Below, piece after piece: positions 20,359 to 33,000 of a DNA stretch of 64,000 bases. This stretch comes from a virus. Each line of letters begins with the position of its first letter. Position 1 is the first letter of the stretch. The DNA is taken from positions 59,270-123,269 of the IMG/VR virus record IMGVR_UViG_3300017746_000002; one strand, 5' to 3'. The notes below the pieces were generated by a model, which did no database searches, was not told where the DNA came from, and worked only from the letters and a program-made list of their open reading frames with translations. Position numbers and translations under genes: made by a program.

Positions 20359-20877
20359 CTATTTTCTTTTATACATATCAGCCACTCTGATCTTCTTTTT
20401 CATTTTGATGTACTTCTTCCACTGGGTAGGATATATCTTAGCTACAGCACGCTTAAATTGTCTTATAGCAGTAAACTGCCATAATTCTCTAGTTTTGAAT
20501 CTGTACTTAGGAGAGTAGTTAGTATAAAATATCTTTCCTACATTACCATCAGTATCCCAATTCTTATTTTGAATTACTTTACCATACTTCTTAGATAAAG
20601 AATAATCCATATTAACCTTCTTTGCTGCAGGACATGTTCCTATAAATAAATATCCTAGTGAGTCCGGTAATTCTACCCCATCTCTATTATCTATAATATT
20701 TTCCCAAATCAAACCATTGAATGTTTTTATAACATTTTTTAGTTTAGTATCATCAACACTAGAGTACATAGGGTTCTTATCTTTAAACTTATTCAATGTT
20801 TCAGCATTCAATAAACTTAAAACCTTTTCCCTATATCTAGGTTTACTTAAATCCGGTGACTTATAATTGTTAATCAT
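20359..20877 (-). CDS. HU/IHF-like DNA-binding protein
   Basis: Basic; GVELPDSLGYLFI and WQFTAIRQFKRAV resemble the IHF fold; typical crAss-like position. Confidence 0.55.
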   Translation of the reverse strand: MINNYKSPDLSKPRYREKVLSLLNAETLNKFKDKNPMYSSVDDTKLKNVIKTFNGLIWENIIDNRDGVELPDSLGYLFIGTCPAAKKVNMDYSLSKKYGKVIQNKNWDTDGNVGKIFYTNYSPKYRFKTRELWQFTAIRQFKRAVAKIYPTQWKKYIKMKKKIRVADMYKRK

Positions 20878-20888
20878 ATTCCTTACAC

Positions 20889-20898
20889 TATAATTTAC
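20889..20898 (-). promoter_or_regulatory. Putative late promoter variant (GTAAATTATA)
   Basis: 1 mismatch to GTATATTATA; 11 nt upstream of ATG 20877. Confidence 0.45.
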
Positions 20899-20922
20899 AA
20901 AAAATTAGAGAGATATAAAAGT

Positions 20923-22104
20923 TTATTGAGGTGAATATGACAATTCACATATTTCACCTTTATTTGGAGAATGTAAAGAAAGTACTCCAGATCTTCTAGA
21001 TCCTACAAACTTATTATGATAATGGTAGTAATCTGTACGTGAAAGACTTGGAAGAATTTTTAGCATAAAGCCTGTCTTTTCATGCTCAGTAATATATTCT
21101 ATTTTCTTTTTGTGATGGTAATGACCTGTGTATAATGTTCTATATAATGTTTTACCCCATTCTCTTGGATACTCCATAGAGTATACCATTAATGAATTTT
21201 TAGTATTAACATCTCCATGTTCAAAAGCAAAAAAGTTATCACCGTATACATATACCTTTCTTTCAAGATATACAACATCCCATATTATTTTTGGATCATC
21301 ATAACATTTAGATAACCCATGTGCTAAATGAAATGAAGATAACCTATCATGATTACCAGGGATATATACTACTTGTAATTCATCACAAAATTGTTTAATA
21401 TAATTGATACTCCATTGTATAGCATTAAATGCCTGCATGTAAGCCTCTGTAGCAGTCTTACAGTTGTCTAATGGTGTTCCACTAGTGGTAGTACCACTCC
21501 AAGTATCCATGTTGATTAGATCTCCTCCTACTACATAGTATATTTTTTCTAAATGATGAGCACTTGTAGCTCTCTCAACTAGATCAATAATTGTTTCTTC
21601 AAAATCTTTATCTATAGTTTCATTTCCTTCTTTACCAAAATGTATGTCTTGTAATGATAAAACTCCAGCCGTTTTTGTTCTACCTGGAGTTTTAATTCTT
21701 TTTACTTCTTTATATTTTTTTGGTTTAAAACCTTTTAATAACTCAGCAACATTATCTACTTCATTATCTTTTAATCTTGTAACCATTGCTGATACTCTCC
21801 AATGATCACCCATTTGTTTATTCCAATAACTAGATAATTTCCATTGTGTTATATCTATGTTTAATATATCAATTATTTCTTCAGGTGATTTAGGTTCAGA
21901 AGAACTTACTGTCTCCATTTTTGCTTCACCTTTTTCTAAATTGTACTCATATGATGTTGATGAGTTTTCTAATAGTTCTTGTGATCTGACATAATCTTTT
22001 AACTTGTCATAATCATCTACTGTAATTTCTAATTTTTCTGCACAGTATACAGAGTTTTTTTTCCATTTAAATGATGCTTTGATTCTTTCAATTAATGAGT
22101 CCAT
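20923..22104 (-). CDS. Calcineurin-like metallophosphoesterase
   Basis: Complete motif set DIHFG, GGD, PGNHD, HGD, GHYH. Confidence 0.85.
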   Translation of the reverse strand: MDSLIERIKASFKWKKNSVYCAEKLEITVDDYDKLKDYVRSQELLENSSTSYEYNLEKGEAKMETVSSSEPKSPEEIIDILNIDITQWKLSSYWNKQMGDHWRVSAMVTRLKDNEVDNVAELLKGFKPKKYKEVKRIKTPGRTKTAGVLSLQDIHFGKEGNETIDKDFEETIIDLVERATSAHHLEKIYYVVGGDLINMDTWSGTTTSGTPLDNCKTATEAYMQAFNAIQWSINYIKQFCDELQVVYIPGNHDRLSSFHLAHGLSKCYDDPKIIWDVVYLERKVYVYGDNFFAFEHGDVNTKNSLMVYSMEYPREWGKTLYRTLYTGHYHHKKKIEYITEHEKTGFMLKILPSLSRTDYYHYHNKFVGSRRSGVLSLHSPNKGEICELSYSPQ

Positions 22105-22130
22105 AAATTATTTTTAGTTATTTTTTTGGG

Positions 22131-22138
22131 CAAATATA
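22131..22138 (-). promoter_or_regulatory. Bacteroidota-type -7 box (TATATTTG)
   Basis: TAnnTTTG between terminator and ATG 22104. Confidence 0.5.
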
Positions 22139-22156
22139 TAAAAATTTTTTTAATAT

Positions 22157-22193
22157 AAAAAAAAAGAGACCCGGTGTTAACCCCAGGTCTCTG
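22157..22193 (-). terminator. Intrinsic terminator
   Basis: GAGACC...GGTCTC stem followed by a T9 run on the minus strand. Confidence 0.75.
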
Positions 22194-22242
22194 ACAATTA
22201 AGTTTTGGAAAACCAATAAACCATCACTTTCTTGTTTTATTA

Positions 22243-22830
22243 TTAAGGATTTGTAGTAACAAAAATAGATGCTGATGTACAACCTGTTCCTACACCTAAT
22301 ACACTAAACATATATTCTGTATTTGGTAGTAATCCTGTTACTGTATATGATGTTGACGTAGTAGGTAATGTTGGAGTTATGTTTCCCCAACCAGCTGCTG
22401 TTGGTATTTTAACTCTTATTTGTAATGCTGAAGCTGAATTACTTGTTCCAACTAAATCCCATGTTATTTGAACACTTGTACTATCCACAGTTCCTGGCAT
22501 GATATTTAGTATTTCATTATTTGATGTAACACATGCCGGATTAATAACATATTGAACTAATTTTTGTAATGTTGCAGATAATCTTTCTCCTTTTTCAATT
22601 GTAAAACTTGTAGTACTTGATATTTCAAATTCTAATTTGCTTTCACAATTAGCTATACAATTTTCACAATATACTTCTTCACATTTTTCGTGACTACCAT
22701 CTTTACAATCTCTTCCTGTATAACCACAAGGAGTACTTAAAGAATGATCAGCACATCCACATGTTAAGTTATTGCAGTTTGTTTGCCCACAAGATGAGCA
22801 ACAGTTTCCGTTAGATGTTTTTGTAGCCAT
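22243..22830 (-). CDS. Cys-rich protein with C-terminal fibronectin type III domain (virion appendage)
   Basis: TSVQITWD...YTVTGLLPNTEYMFSV; Cys-rich N-terminus. Confidence 0.7.
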   Translation of the reverse strand: MATKTSNGNCCSSCGQTNCNNLTCGCADHSLSTPCGYTGRDCKDGSHEKCEEVYCENCIANCESKLEFEISSTTSFTIEKGERLSATLQKLVQYVINPACVTSNNEILNIMPGTVDSTSVQITWDLVGTSNSASALQIRVKIPTAAGWGNITPTLPTTSTSYTVTGLLPNTEYMFSVLGVGTGCTSASIFVTTNP

Positions 22831-22846
22831 TTTTTTTTAATTTATT

Positions 22847-23992
22847 TTAACCTGCGCATGAACTAATTGGTGCACTCCAAAAAGGAGCTGTATCTGCTCC
22901 AGTTGTTCCACCTAAATATTGTGCAACTAATCCTGTACCTGGGCATACTGCATGCCAACTATTTGTTGTAAGTTCATAAGTAGTTTCAGCTACAGGTGCA
23001 CTGTATGCTCTAACAGTATTATCAAACTCAACTCCTGTTTCATTCCATAAATCAACACAGTTTGAAGATGTTGCTGCATTTGTAACTGCTTGAACACAAC
23101 CTGAACCAAGTGCATAAAATGTATTTATACTAACCATTCTTTTAAGTATACCGCTTGCTCCAGAATCTATTTGTAATTTTTCTACAGCACTCCTTAAATC
23201 AGAAATTAATCTCATTGCTGTTTCAAGAGATTGAGCTAGACTTGTTGGATTTTGATCTAAAGCTGGAATAAAACCAGTTCTTTTTGTAAGTGGTTGATCT
23301 AATGGTAAAGCATTAGTTGGTGTAACAGCTAATGCGCTTGCTATATTTACATCAGTACCTACAGCATCTGCAGTATGTCCATATGCTACTTCTACTTTAT
23401 TTAATACAACCGCAACAGGTTGTTGAGCAGTATTACCTTTATCAACATACACTGATTGTAATGTTGGATTTGGATCACCTTTTGGTTGTGCTTTTACAGC
23501 AGCTACATCAGTAACTGCTTGCTGTATTGAATTAGTTAATGCTCTACTTTGTTGTGTATTTCCACATTCTTGATTCATCAAGTAAGTAAGAATTGATTCA
23601 AGAGTATCAGGATTAGTTAAATCATTTGTTATACTTGTTAAACATTCTGGAACACCTAAAGTACACTCATATGTATCTTTACAAGACCATATTCTACCAC
23701 CTCCTGAACCTGATCCTCCTGAATTATTTATATTATTTATTATTAATTGAATTAACTCTGTTTCTGTAGTTGCAGGACCTCCATTTAAAGTTGTTTGGTT
23801 AATCTGATCTATGTGTATTCCACCTCCACTCCCATTTTGTAGAATTACAAGTTGATCACATAATCCTGCTATAACAGCACTAATGCTGTCTCCATTACAT
23901 ATATCTACACATGGTAGATCTGGACCTTGCCAAATTACACAGTTAGAAGATATTGGGTCACAAGGACCATTTTTCTTATTTATAGGAAGCAT
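22847..23992 (-). CDS. Putative tail fibre/appendage protein
   Basis: N-terminal PISSNCVIWQGPDLPC motif and coiled-coil segments. Confidence 0.5.
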   Translation of the reverse strand: MLPINKKNGPCDPISSNCVIWQGPDLPCVDICNGDSISAVIAGLCDQLVILQNGSGGGIHIDQINQTTLNGGPATTETELIQLIINNINNSGGSGSGGGRIWSCKDTYECTLGVPECLTSITNDLTNPDTLESILTYLMNQECGNTQQSRALTNSIQQAVTDVAAVKAQPKGDPNPTLQSVYVDKGNTAQQPVAVVLNKVEVAYGHTADAVGTDVNIASALAVTPTNALPLDQPLTKRTGFIPALDQNPTSLAQSLETAMRLISDLRSAVEKLQIDSGASGILKRMVSINTFYALGSGCVQAVTNAATSSNCVDLWNETGVEFDNTVRAYSAPVAETTYELTTNSWHAVCPGTGLVAQYLGGTTGADTAPFWSAPISSCAG

Positions 23993-24010
23993 AAACTTTA
24001 TTCTTTATAG

Positions 24011-24020
24011 TATAATATAC
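24011..24020 (-). promoter_or_regulatory. Putative late promoter (GTATATTATA)
   Basis: Exact core motif 18 nt upstream of ATG 23992. Confidence 0.55.
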
Positions 24021-24064
24021 AAAAGATTTATATCTTATACAATTATTTACTTTATTATTCTTTA

Positions 24065-27000
24065 CTAACATCCACCACAAGCACATCCAGTACCAGATTC
24101 ACAAGCTGCACATGATGAATACATTGTACCAATAGGGGAAGGTAGACAAACATTATGAACATCTAACGTACATGCTGCACTACAAAACCCAACCCAAATT
24201 TGTTCCCAATTAGTACTATTTGCACTTAGTAAATCTTCTACCTGTCTTGCATCTAAACCAGTAATATTTGGTTTTCCACCTGTCCCATCAAAACCATAAG
24301 TATTTATCAGTTCAGATCTTAGTTCTCCCCAACTTAGTGTAGAAGTATTATAATCTCTATACCATAATTGTCCTTGACCATTACTATCTGAGTCGTATAT
24401 TGCCATTGCTGAAATTATCATTGGTTTGGCATGTGATTCTTGAACCATACTTCCTGATGAACCACTACCAATATTAAAACCACTTGTGCCAGCTGGTGAC
24501 TGATAATTCATATTAGTATACACTGTATTTATTTGAGCACTACTCCACGCACATCCAAAAGAACTATTTGTTGCACTCCAGAAAAACCAATCATTAGCAT
24601 ACTCTTCAAGACTTCCACTTATAGCATTTGACCAAGCATATACAGCACTTTGATTATCATTCCAATCTGTCATAGCATAACTCATAGTTTGGCATGAGTT
24701 AGTAAATTGAGTTAACTGATAAGATCTACTTAACTCATGTCTACTAGAAAAATCACCTCCATTTCCACTAGAATTAGTAAGTGCATGACCTATTGCCCCA
24801 GATCCATCAAAACATGGATTACTAAATGGGATTGCTGTACATTCAAAATAAGCAGGTGGTGCTGCACAACAGCTAGTACAACTTGCTACTATATCTGTAG
24901 AATTATAATAGTATCCTGGATTTCCACCCCATTCATATGATACTAAACCATTAACTTCAAAAGACATAAAATTAGAAGCATTTGAATCCATACAACCTGC
25001 ATATGTACATGCATCCGGTTGATGTGTATCAGCATTAACATCATATGTTAAAGCAGCTGGATCCATACATCCTAACATCTGACCCCCTCCTGATCCACCA
25101 CATAAATCTGGATTATCAAAACATGCACTAAATTCATAATTCACATCTGTAGCGTCCATACAACCAGTACAATAACAACATGATCCATCATCATAAGTAG
25201 CATTCGGATCATAGTTTAATGCTGGTATACCATATTGATAAAAATTTGGTACTCCAGTACCAACTGTTCCTGAACCACCATTAATAACTAGTTCATGAGC
25301 TACTATACCATTTTCACATGGAACTTGTTGACTATAAGATATGCCGGCTGCATTTGCTGCATTTATCCACCAATTGTCTACTGTTACTGCACCATATGTT
25401 CCAAAATCAGGATGTTGATCTACATATCCATCATCAATACAACCACCTATTTCTACTGGTTGTTCTCCACAACAATTAATAGCATCTTCACAATCTTGTT
25501 CAGTTGGATGAGTTCCTGGTTGTCCACCATTATCTGATGCAGTAAGTACTCTATTACATTCACAATCAGTATATCCTGTACATTGAGGTTCATGACCTTT
25601 ATAATATACAAAATTATCTTCTGGATCAGGATTATACATGTTAGCTGACCCATTTATATTATAGTGAAATTGAACAACATAACTATAGTCTTGACCAGAT
25701 AGTATTATAGGAATTTGACTTCCTGCACAAGTTTGGTTAGGACCACCTGCTCCATTATGCCAATTAACATATGCATCCCAAGTAGGAAATACATAACCTG
25801 CTCCATATTGTGCAATTTGTAATTGTGCATAACAACTAGCACTTCCTGTAGGTCCATAAGGATTCTCTGTAGTAAAACCTTCTATAGTTAACAGTGGATA
25901 ATCTGATGCTTGAGGAAAACCAGGCATAAGTTCTGTTAACGGACATGCGGTCATACTTGAAAATGAGCCAAAATTACTAGTACCTGTAGTGTTTGCTACA
26001 GCAGTTACTTCTAGATTAGGTGTTAAACCTGTATTACCTACTGCAGAATAATAATCAGCAAGTGTAAAATAAAAACCATCTATATCACAAAATCCACCTG
26101 GACATGTTGTATCTACATAAATACCTGTATTATTAAGATTAGAAAGTGTATAGTTGTATTGTGTTATTTCATTTATATCATAACCAGCTTCATCACAATC
26201 CCAATAGTATATACAAGAATTATCATCACATGTTGCATTAGGATCATAGTTACCGGCTATAGGATCCATACAACCATTTTCACATAAATCACAACATGAA
26301 TCCCATCCTGCATTATTTGTACCTATTGGTTCCATATTACAATCATGTGTACATGATGCACAATATCCTTGCGGACCTGTTACAGCATTAGGATCTGTAC
26401 AACCTGCTTCACAACATGTGTCAGGATCTGTTGCATCAGGATTATAACAGAAATATTTATAACCTTCTGGTGTACCTGTTAATGTTCCATCGCTTGTACA
26501 AGGATAAGTACATACTGCACCACTTTGATTTAGACCGTTAATATTAGGCCATATTCCAGCTGCACTATCCATACAACCATATATTAAAGGTGGTTGATCT
26601 AAATTAATTGTTATTGTAGCAGTACAATTTCTTGCATCTGTTACTGTTAAAGTATATATTCCACCGGCTAAACTTGTAATTGCAGCAGTAGTTGCTGTAT
26701 AACCACTTGGTCCTGTCCAAGAATAAGTATAAGGTATAGTACCATTAGATGCAATTGCTGTAATATTTCCATCATTTACACCAGCCGCACTTGCATTAAT
26801 ATGTGCTTCAGCAATAATAATTGCTGGATCACAATATAAACAAGTTCCATCATCTACTGTAGCCATAGAGTTATAGTTACTTGAATTTGGATCTGTACAT
26901 CCTTCAATCACCTGAGTAGGTGATACATATGTTTCACAAGATACTCCTGTTGGATCTACACAACATTCAGGAGCACATTCTTCATTTACTACTATTTTTA

Positions 27001-30000
27001 TTTGTTGTTGTCTACAGTTACCTTTTGTTTCAAGACATAAACAGAAATTAATTATATGATTTGTTTTTATAGCAGCATTTTCTATTTGGAATTTTAATCT
27101 ACCAAACTCATCTGTTTTACCTTCAAAACCTCCGTCAACATAAATAGCATAATCAGGAATTGCTACATTATTTTGATTTACTACATTAACTACAATACAT
27201 TCTGAACCATCACATTTTAACTTATTAGGATCCCAATATTTTTCAAGATCAGCTTTAAATAAACTAGAATTAAATGTTCCTGATCCCACATTAGCACGCC
27301 AACCATAATTATCTAATCCCCCATACCCATATGTATGAGAAGATGGTTGATTTGGATTAGTAGCATCCCAATATGGATTACCCGTTTCAATATTTACTAA
27401 GTTAACAAGTGAATTAGTAGGGGCAGTACCTGCAGCATATCTACCATCCTGTGGATCATTATTACCACTATCTACTGCAGCTAATGCATGTAATGGAAAT
27501 GCACGATGTGAAGGCGCTGGTGTTACTAATGGTTTAGCAGGATAAATCACCATTGTTGCTTTATGTAATGGACCTTTTGCTAAATGTTCTTTATATTTTT
27601 CTATATATTTATCATAATCAGCTTTATAACATGCTGTTAATACTGAGTCAGTAGCATTAGTACCTGTACCATCAGTAGCCATAGGCCATGTTGTTGTACA
27701 TGCGTTAACAGCACATCCTTCTACATGATAAGGTTGTGCATCAGAACCAGTTCCATCTAGAGTAGCTGATTCATCAGCAAAGAATACTCCTAATACTTCT
27801 CTTTTTGTAAGAGCTGGTGGATAACCAAAATGTGTTATAGTACCATTGTCATATCCTAAAGGTGCAGAAGAATACCAAGTTTTATTATTTATATTACCCC
27901 AAGCCATTGGAGCCCAAAATTTACTAGTAACACTCATATCTGTTGGAGCCACAGCATCTGCTCTACCAGAATTAATACAAGCTCCATGATCAGCAGCAAC
28001 ACTATTTACTACACAAAATGAATCTTTACCTCCACATGTTCCAGCATTATTCCAATTTCCTGTAAATATTGTTGTTGCCCAATCTACCCATCTTTCTCCA
28101 CATACTAGGACATGATATACTTCACCTGCAAAAGGTATTGCAAATCCATTAATCCAATCATCTGCAGCATTTCTTTGTTGTTGAATTGCAGCAATACCCA
28201 TTGATGTACAATCATACATAAAGTAAATATCTATATCTACATCTGATATTAAACCACAGTTTTTGGATGTCCAAGCCGGTCTAGTTGGATCTAACCAATC
28301 AGGTTCACCTTCTACAATAGGATATTCATATGTAGCTAAGACTTCTATTGTTGAACTTAAATAAGCAGGTCGTTTAGTATCTTCCCAATCACATAATTGT
28401 TTTTCATGAAGATGATCTGGTAAATCAGAACCACAATAGTTTGATAAACCGTATCTTTCTTTTCTGTATTCTTTGTATACATCACTTGCAAATTCACATT
28501 CAATGTTTAATTTTTTAGTAGGATCAGATCCAAACTCTCTTGGAGCTCTTTTACATTGATCTAAATATTTACAAGGGTCTGTTGGATCTGTAGCAGATGT
28601 TGCATTTATTGTTGCAGTTGGATCAAAGTTAATTGCATTTATATCTGTACATCCATAAACTGTATAATCACAACAACTTGCACATGCTGTATTAGCTGTA
28701 GGGTCATAATTATTTGCTGTAGAATCCATACATCCTTCTTTAACTGCTTCACAAGGTCCTTCACAACAACATGTAGCACAATAATTAAATGCTTGTGGAT
28801 CTAAACAACCTGTTTCATTACAACAAGAACCATCATCACAAGTTGCAGAGGCATCGTAGTTACACATTGTAGGATCTGTGCATCCATAGATACAAACACA
28901 TGATGCGCAATTAGTATTCCATATTTCATTAAACTCCCATATACTCATTTGTGGCATAGGAAAACCTGGAGCAGATACAGTTGCGGCAGAAGTCCCTTTG
29001 TATTCATAACATATTCGTCCAGCTCCATCTACAGTATTTATTGTTTGTCCTATAGCAGGAGAGCCTACATTTATCCAAAAATCATGTTGTGCAAAAATAT
29101 CTGTATTTGTAGCACCAGGTGCAACTAATGTAAATTCACCCGCTGGATCTCCACTACATGCAGACCATTTATGAAACTCAGGTTTTTCACATGTTCCATC
29201 ATCACAAGTTACACATGGATTATAATTACTATTTAAATAACCAGCAGTACAAGGATATGGACATAAATTACCTATTGTTGGTACTGTAGTTGACACAGCA
29301 CAATTATAAATAGCAGTATTATCATAACCGTTTATATCAGGAAAACCATTAGTTAATGTGGTACTATCCATACAACCATATACACAATATGTACAACAAC
29401 CATCATCAAATGTTGGAGAGACTGTAGCACCAGCACAATTTTTATTAAAGTTAAGTGCATTTGGATCAGTACATCCTCCAACACCAAAACAGAATTGACA
29501 TTGTGCATCTGAATTAACAGTAGGATTATTAGGTGTATATACAAAGTTACCTGCAGTTGATGCTAGAGTTGGAAAAAATTGTGCTGTTGGATTAGGTCCA
29601 TTAAGTGCTAACCAATCTTGGTAGTATTGAATACTAGTATCTACCCATTGTACACAGTAAACATATGTTACTCCATCATGAACATAATTAACACCTACAA
29701 TATCCCAGAAATTCTGTAATCCCCATGCAGTTATTAATGCTTGTGAGTTTGCACATGTTTGAGGATCACCCGGATCACCAAGATATGCCCTATAATACAT
29801 TTCATTACCCATAGCCATATCACTACAGAACCTAATTACAAAAGGATCACAATTTTGACAACTACCATCATCACAAGATGCTAACGGATCATAATTGTTT
29901 GCTGTTGGATCTGTGCAACCATATACACATGCACAACAGTTAGAATCACCATTAGTTGGATTTGTTAATGTAGTTTGACATTCTATCTGAGTAGAATATG

Positions 30001-33000
30001 AACCTGATGGATCTTCATAACATAAACAATCACCTGTTGCTTGAACCATCCATTGAATATCTTCACTTGCAAATTCTGGAGCTGCTTTATGTCCATGACC
30101 AATTAATCCTGGAGCTTTTTCTACCTCTTCAATTACCCATTTAGAAACTGATTCCCATGTAGTAGCTGAGGTAGGTAAGTTGTAGTTTAATAATTCTTTA
30201 TAAAATGATTTCCATGTATTAAATTTTATACCGGCTATTGTAGGAAATACACTTTTAAATTGCTTTGGTATTGTAATAGCTCCAGCTGGTATAATATAGT
30301 AATATAATCCAGTTTCTGAAGTTCCTCCTGGTATAGTGGTTGTTATAACCTTAGCTTTTTTATTAAGAAAGTTTCCTTCTAAACTAATCATATTAGTTTT
30401 TACTTTATAGTAAGCTTGACTAAGATCTATAGTATTACCATTAGTAATTGTTCCATCTGTTATAGCCTGCATAAAACTATATGCAAAACTCCATTCTTCA
30501 GGATACTTATTAGTATACGTTAATTTAGGTTGTTTACCACCTGCCCATCCTTGACTACCATCATTATTATTAAAGTGTAATCCTAAATTTCTAAAATTAC
30601 TAAGTCTTAATGGTACATTTAAATATGCTAAACCTGGAAATATATAACCGGTATCATCAATGTGGTTAAATGTAGATTCTGGTCGTGGATTTATATTAGT
30701 AATATGTAAACCAAATTTCTTATTATATTGAGTTTTTACATTACTTTGTATAGATTTTGAATCTTGTATTGGCCAATTAAGTCCAAATTCAGGAAGTTCT
30801 CTTGAGCATTCCCAATTATATGTACAACATTCATTGTTTTGTGCATAAGTTGCATATGTACATTGACAAAATACATTTGTAGGTGGTGTAATTTCTACAG
30901 GTATACCAGCACCATTAGGGTTCCATGCTGTTAAAAGAATATTTAATTCATCAAATGTTGTTTGTGTAGTTACTCCTGTAACACCAATAGTTATACATTG
31001 AGTTATTAAATCATCCCATTGCTGATATATTTTACCTGGATCACCAGGGTTTATACTTGCTTGAATTGAAGAATGAGGTACATATCCGTCACCTAAAGCA
31101 AATGATGTCATATATCCACCATTAGGTCCTACACATGTGCCTGGAGGTGTTGGTACACCAAACCAAACAGAATCCATATTTTCATATTGAATAGTATCTA
31201 CAGTTATGGATGTTAAACTATTTGCTTGTGTACTTAAATATTGATGAAAACTTGCTGTTGAATATTGACCTGCAACAATAGTATCTGAATTATCACAGTT
31301 TCCTGCTATATTTTTATCAATAGGTGTTCCTATACCTAAACCTAATCCACAACATCCTGTTGCATTTGGATCATAATTATTTGCTAGTGGATCATTACAT
31401 AACCCATCACAAGGATTTTCATCACAACAACTATTCCATCCAGCAGCTTGATTAGATGGTAAAGAATTTCCATTACAATCACATGCGTTTAATGGATATG
31501 GTCCAGGAAAATAATTAGGTGAACTAGGATCTGTACAAAATGGTGTACAAGGATCTATAACAACAATATTACAGTCATTACAGTTATCCCATATATTTTG
31601 AAGATCTAAAGGATCTTGTGGATCAACTTTAATAAAATTATCCGTTCCTGGACCTATACCTTCTACCCAGCCTCCAGCATCTGCTCCTCTTGGATTAGTA
31701 CTAGCACCAGAATATTCTAAACAATATTTTACTCCAGAAAATGTAACTTCTAATGTTTCTCCAAGTAACATCCAACTAACACCATTTTGACAAGTTGTAC
31801 AACTCATGTTTGGTTTTACTAAACCAATCTCATTAGCAAATGTCCAAAGATTTGGATTGCCAGGGTTATTGTTTAAAAAATGATCAACAGGATCAGTTGC
31901 CCAACTATTTATAACATTTATAATTTCACCAGCATGAGGACCATCACAGACTGTATATTCTCTATAACTAGGATTAGCTTGACCAGGATTAGTGCAAGAA
32001 AAACAATCAGGATCCATTAGTAGATCCAGAGTACCTGTTGTAGCAGGAGGAGTATTCCACCAATCATGAGATCTCCAATGTTGAGAACTATTTGTTCCTG
32101 TACCACCTGCTAAATTATCATAGAAGGCTGCATTGTTAGGTTGAGGACCTTTATATTCTAAACACCACCAATCACTAACCATACCCATACTTCTCATCTG
32201 TATTCTATCACCAATCGCTAAACCTCCCACAGGAGCACCTTGAAAAGCTTCAACATAATCCAAAAACTCTTGATTAGTAGCAGGACTATTTACTTGGGAT
32301 ATATTCCCTGAGTTAGAATTGTTACCTGTAAGATTAAATAAAACAGGATAAGGAGGATTTGCTATTGCACCTGCAAAACCATTAATTCCGCTATTAAATG
32401 CTGGAATATAATTACCATGTGCTCCACATATTTCCCACATATGATAATACTCACAACATGATGTATCTGAACCAGCTGTTACATCAAGACAATCTTCAGT
32501 ACAAACAGGACAGAAATTTGCAGCATTAATATCCATACAACCACATCTTGGATTTTCTGGTTTACAACCGCCTCCTGAACCTGAACCATTTTCTATTTTA
32601 TATAAACAGCAATTATTATCTTTTGGTTCATAATTCCAAATAGTACTAGGACCATCTGGTGTTGATATTATTGATTCATAAGGAAATTGACCAGCTCCAA
32701 CACAATCTCTTTGAGGACTCCCAAAATTTTGTTCAATAGCTTGAAACAAGCTAGTACTAGCATTACCAGGTGGAGGGACAGAAAAAGTTGGATCCCAAAC
32801 AGGTGATGTTGACTTGTCATAATTTAACGCATAAGGATCCCTACATGTTAAACATGCTCGTTGACAAATAGTAAATAAACTTCCTAAATACCATCCAGGG
32901 GTCATACCATATGAAACATTAGCATGCGTTGAATTAATAGTGGGTGATGCACCTGCAGTAGGAACACCTAATACTGTAAAAGGATAACTAAAAGGAACAC

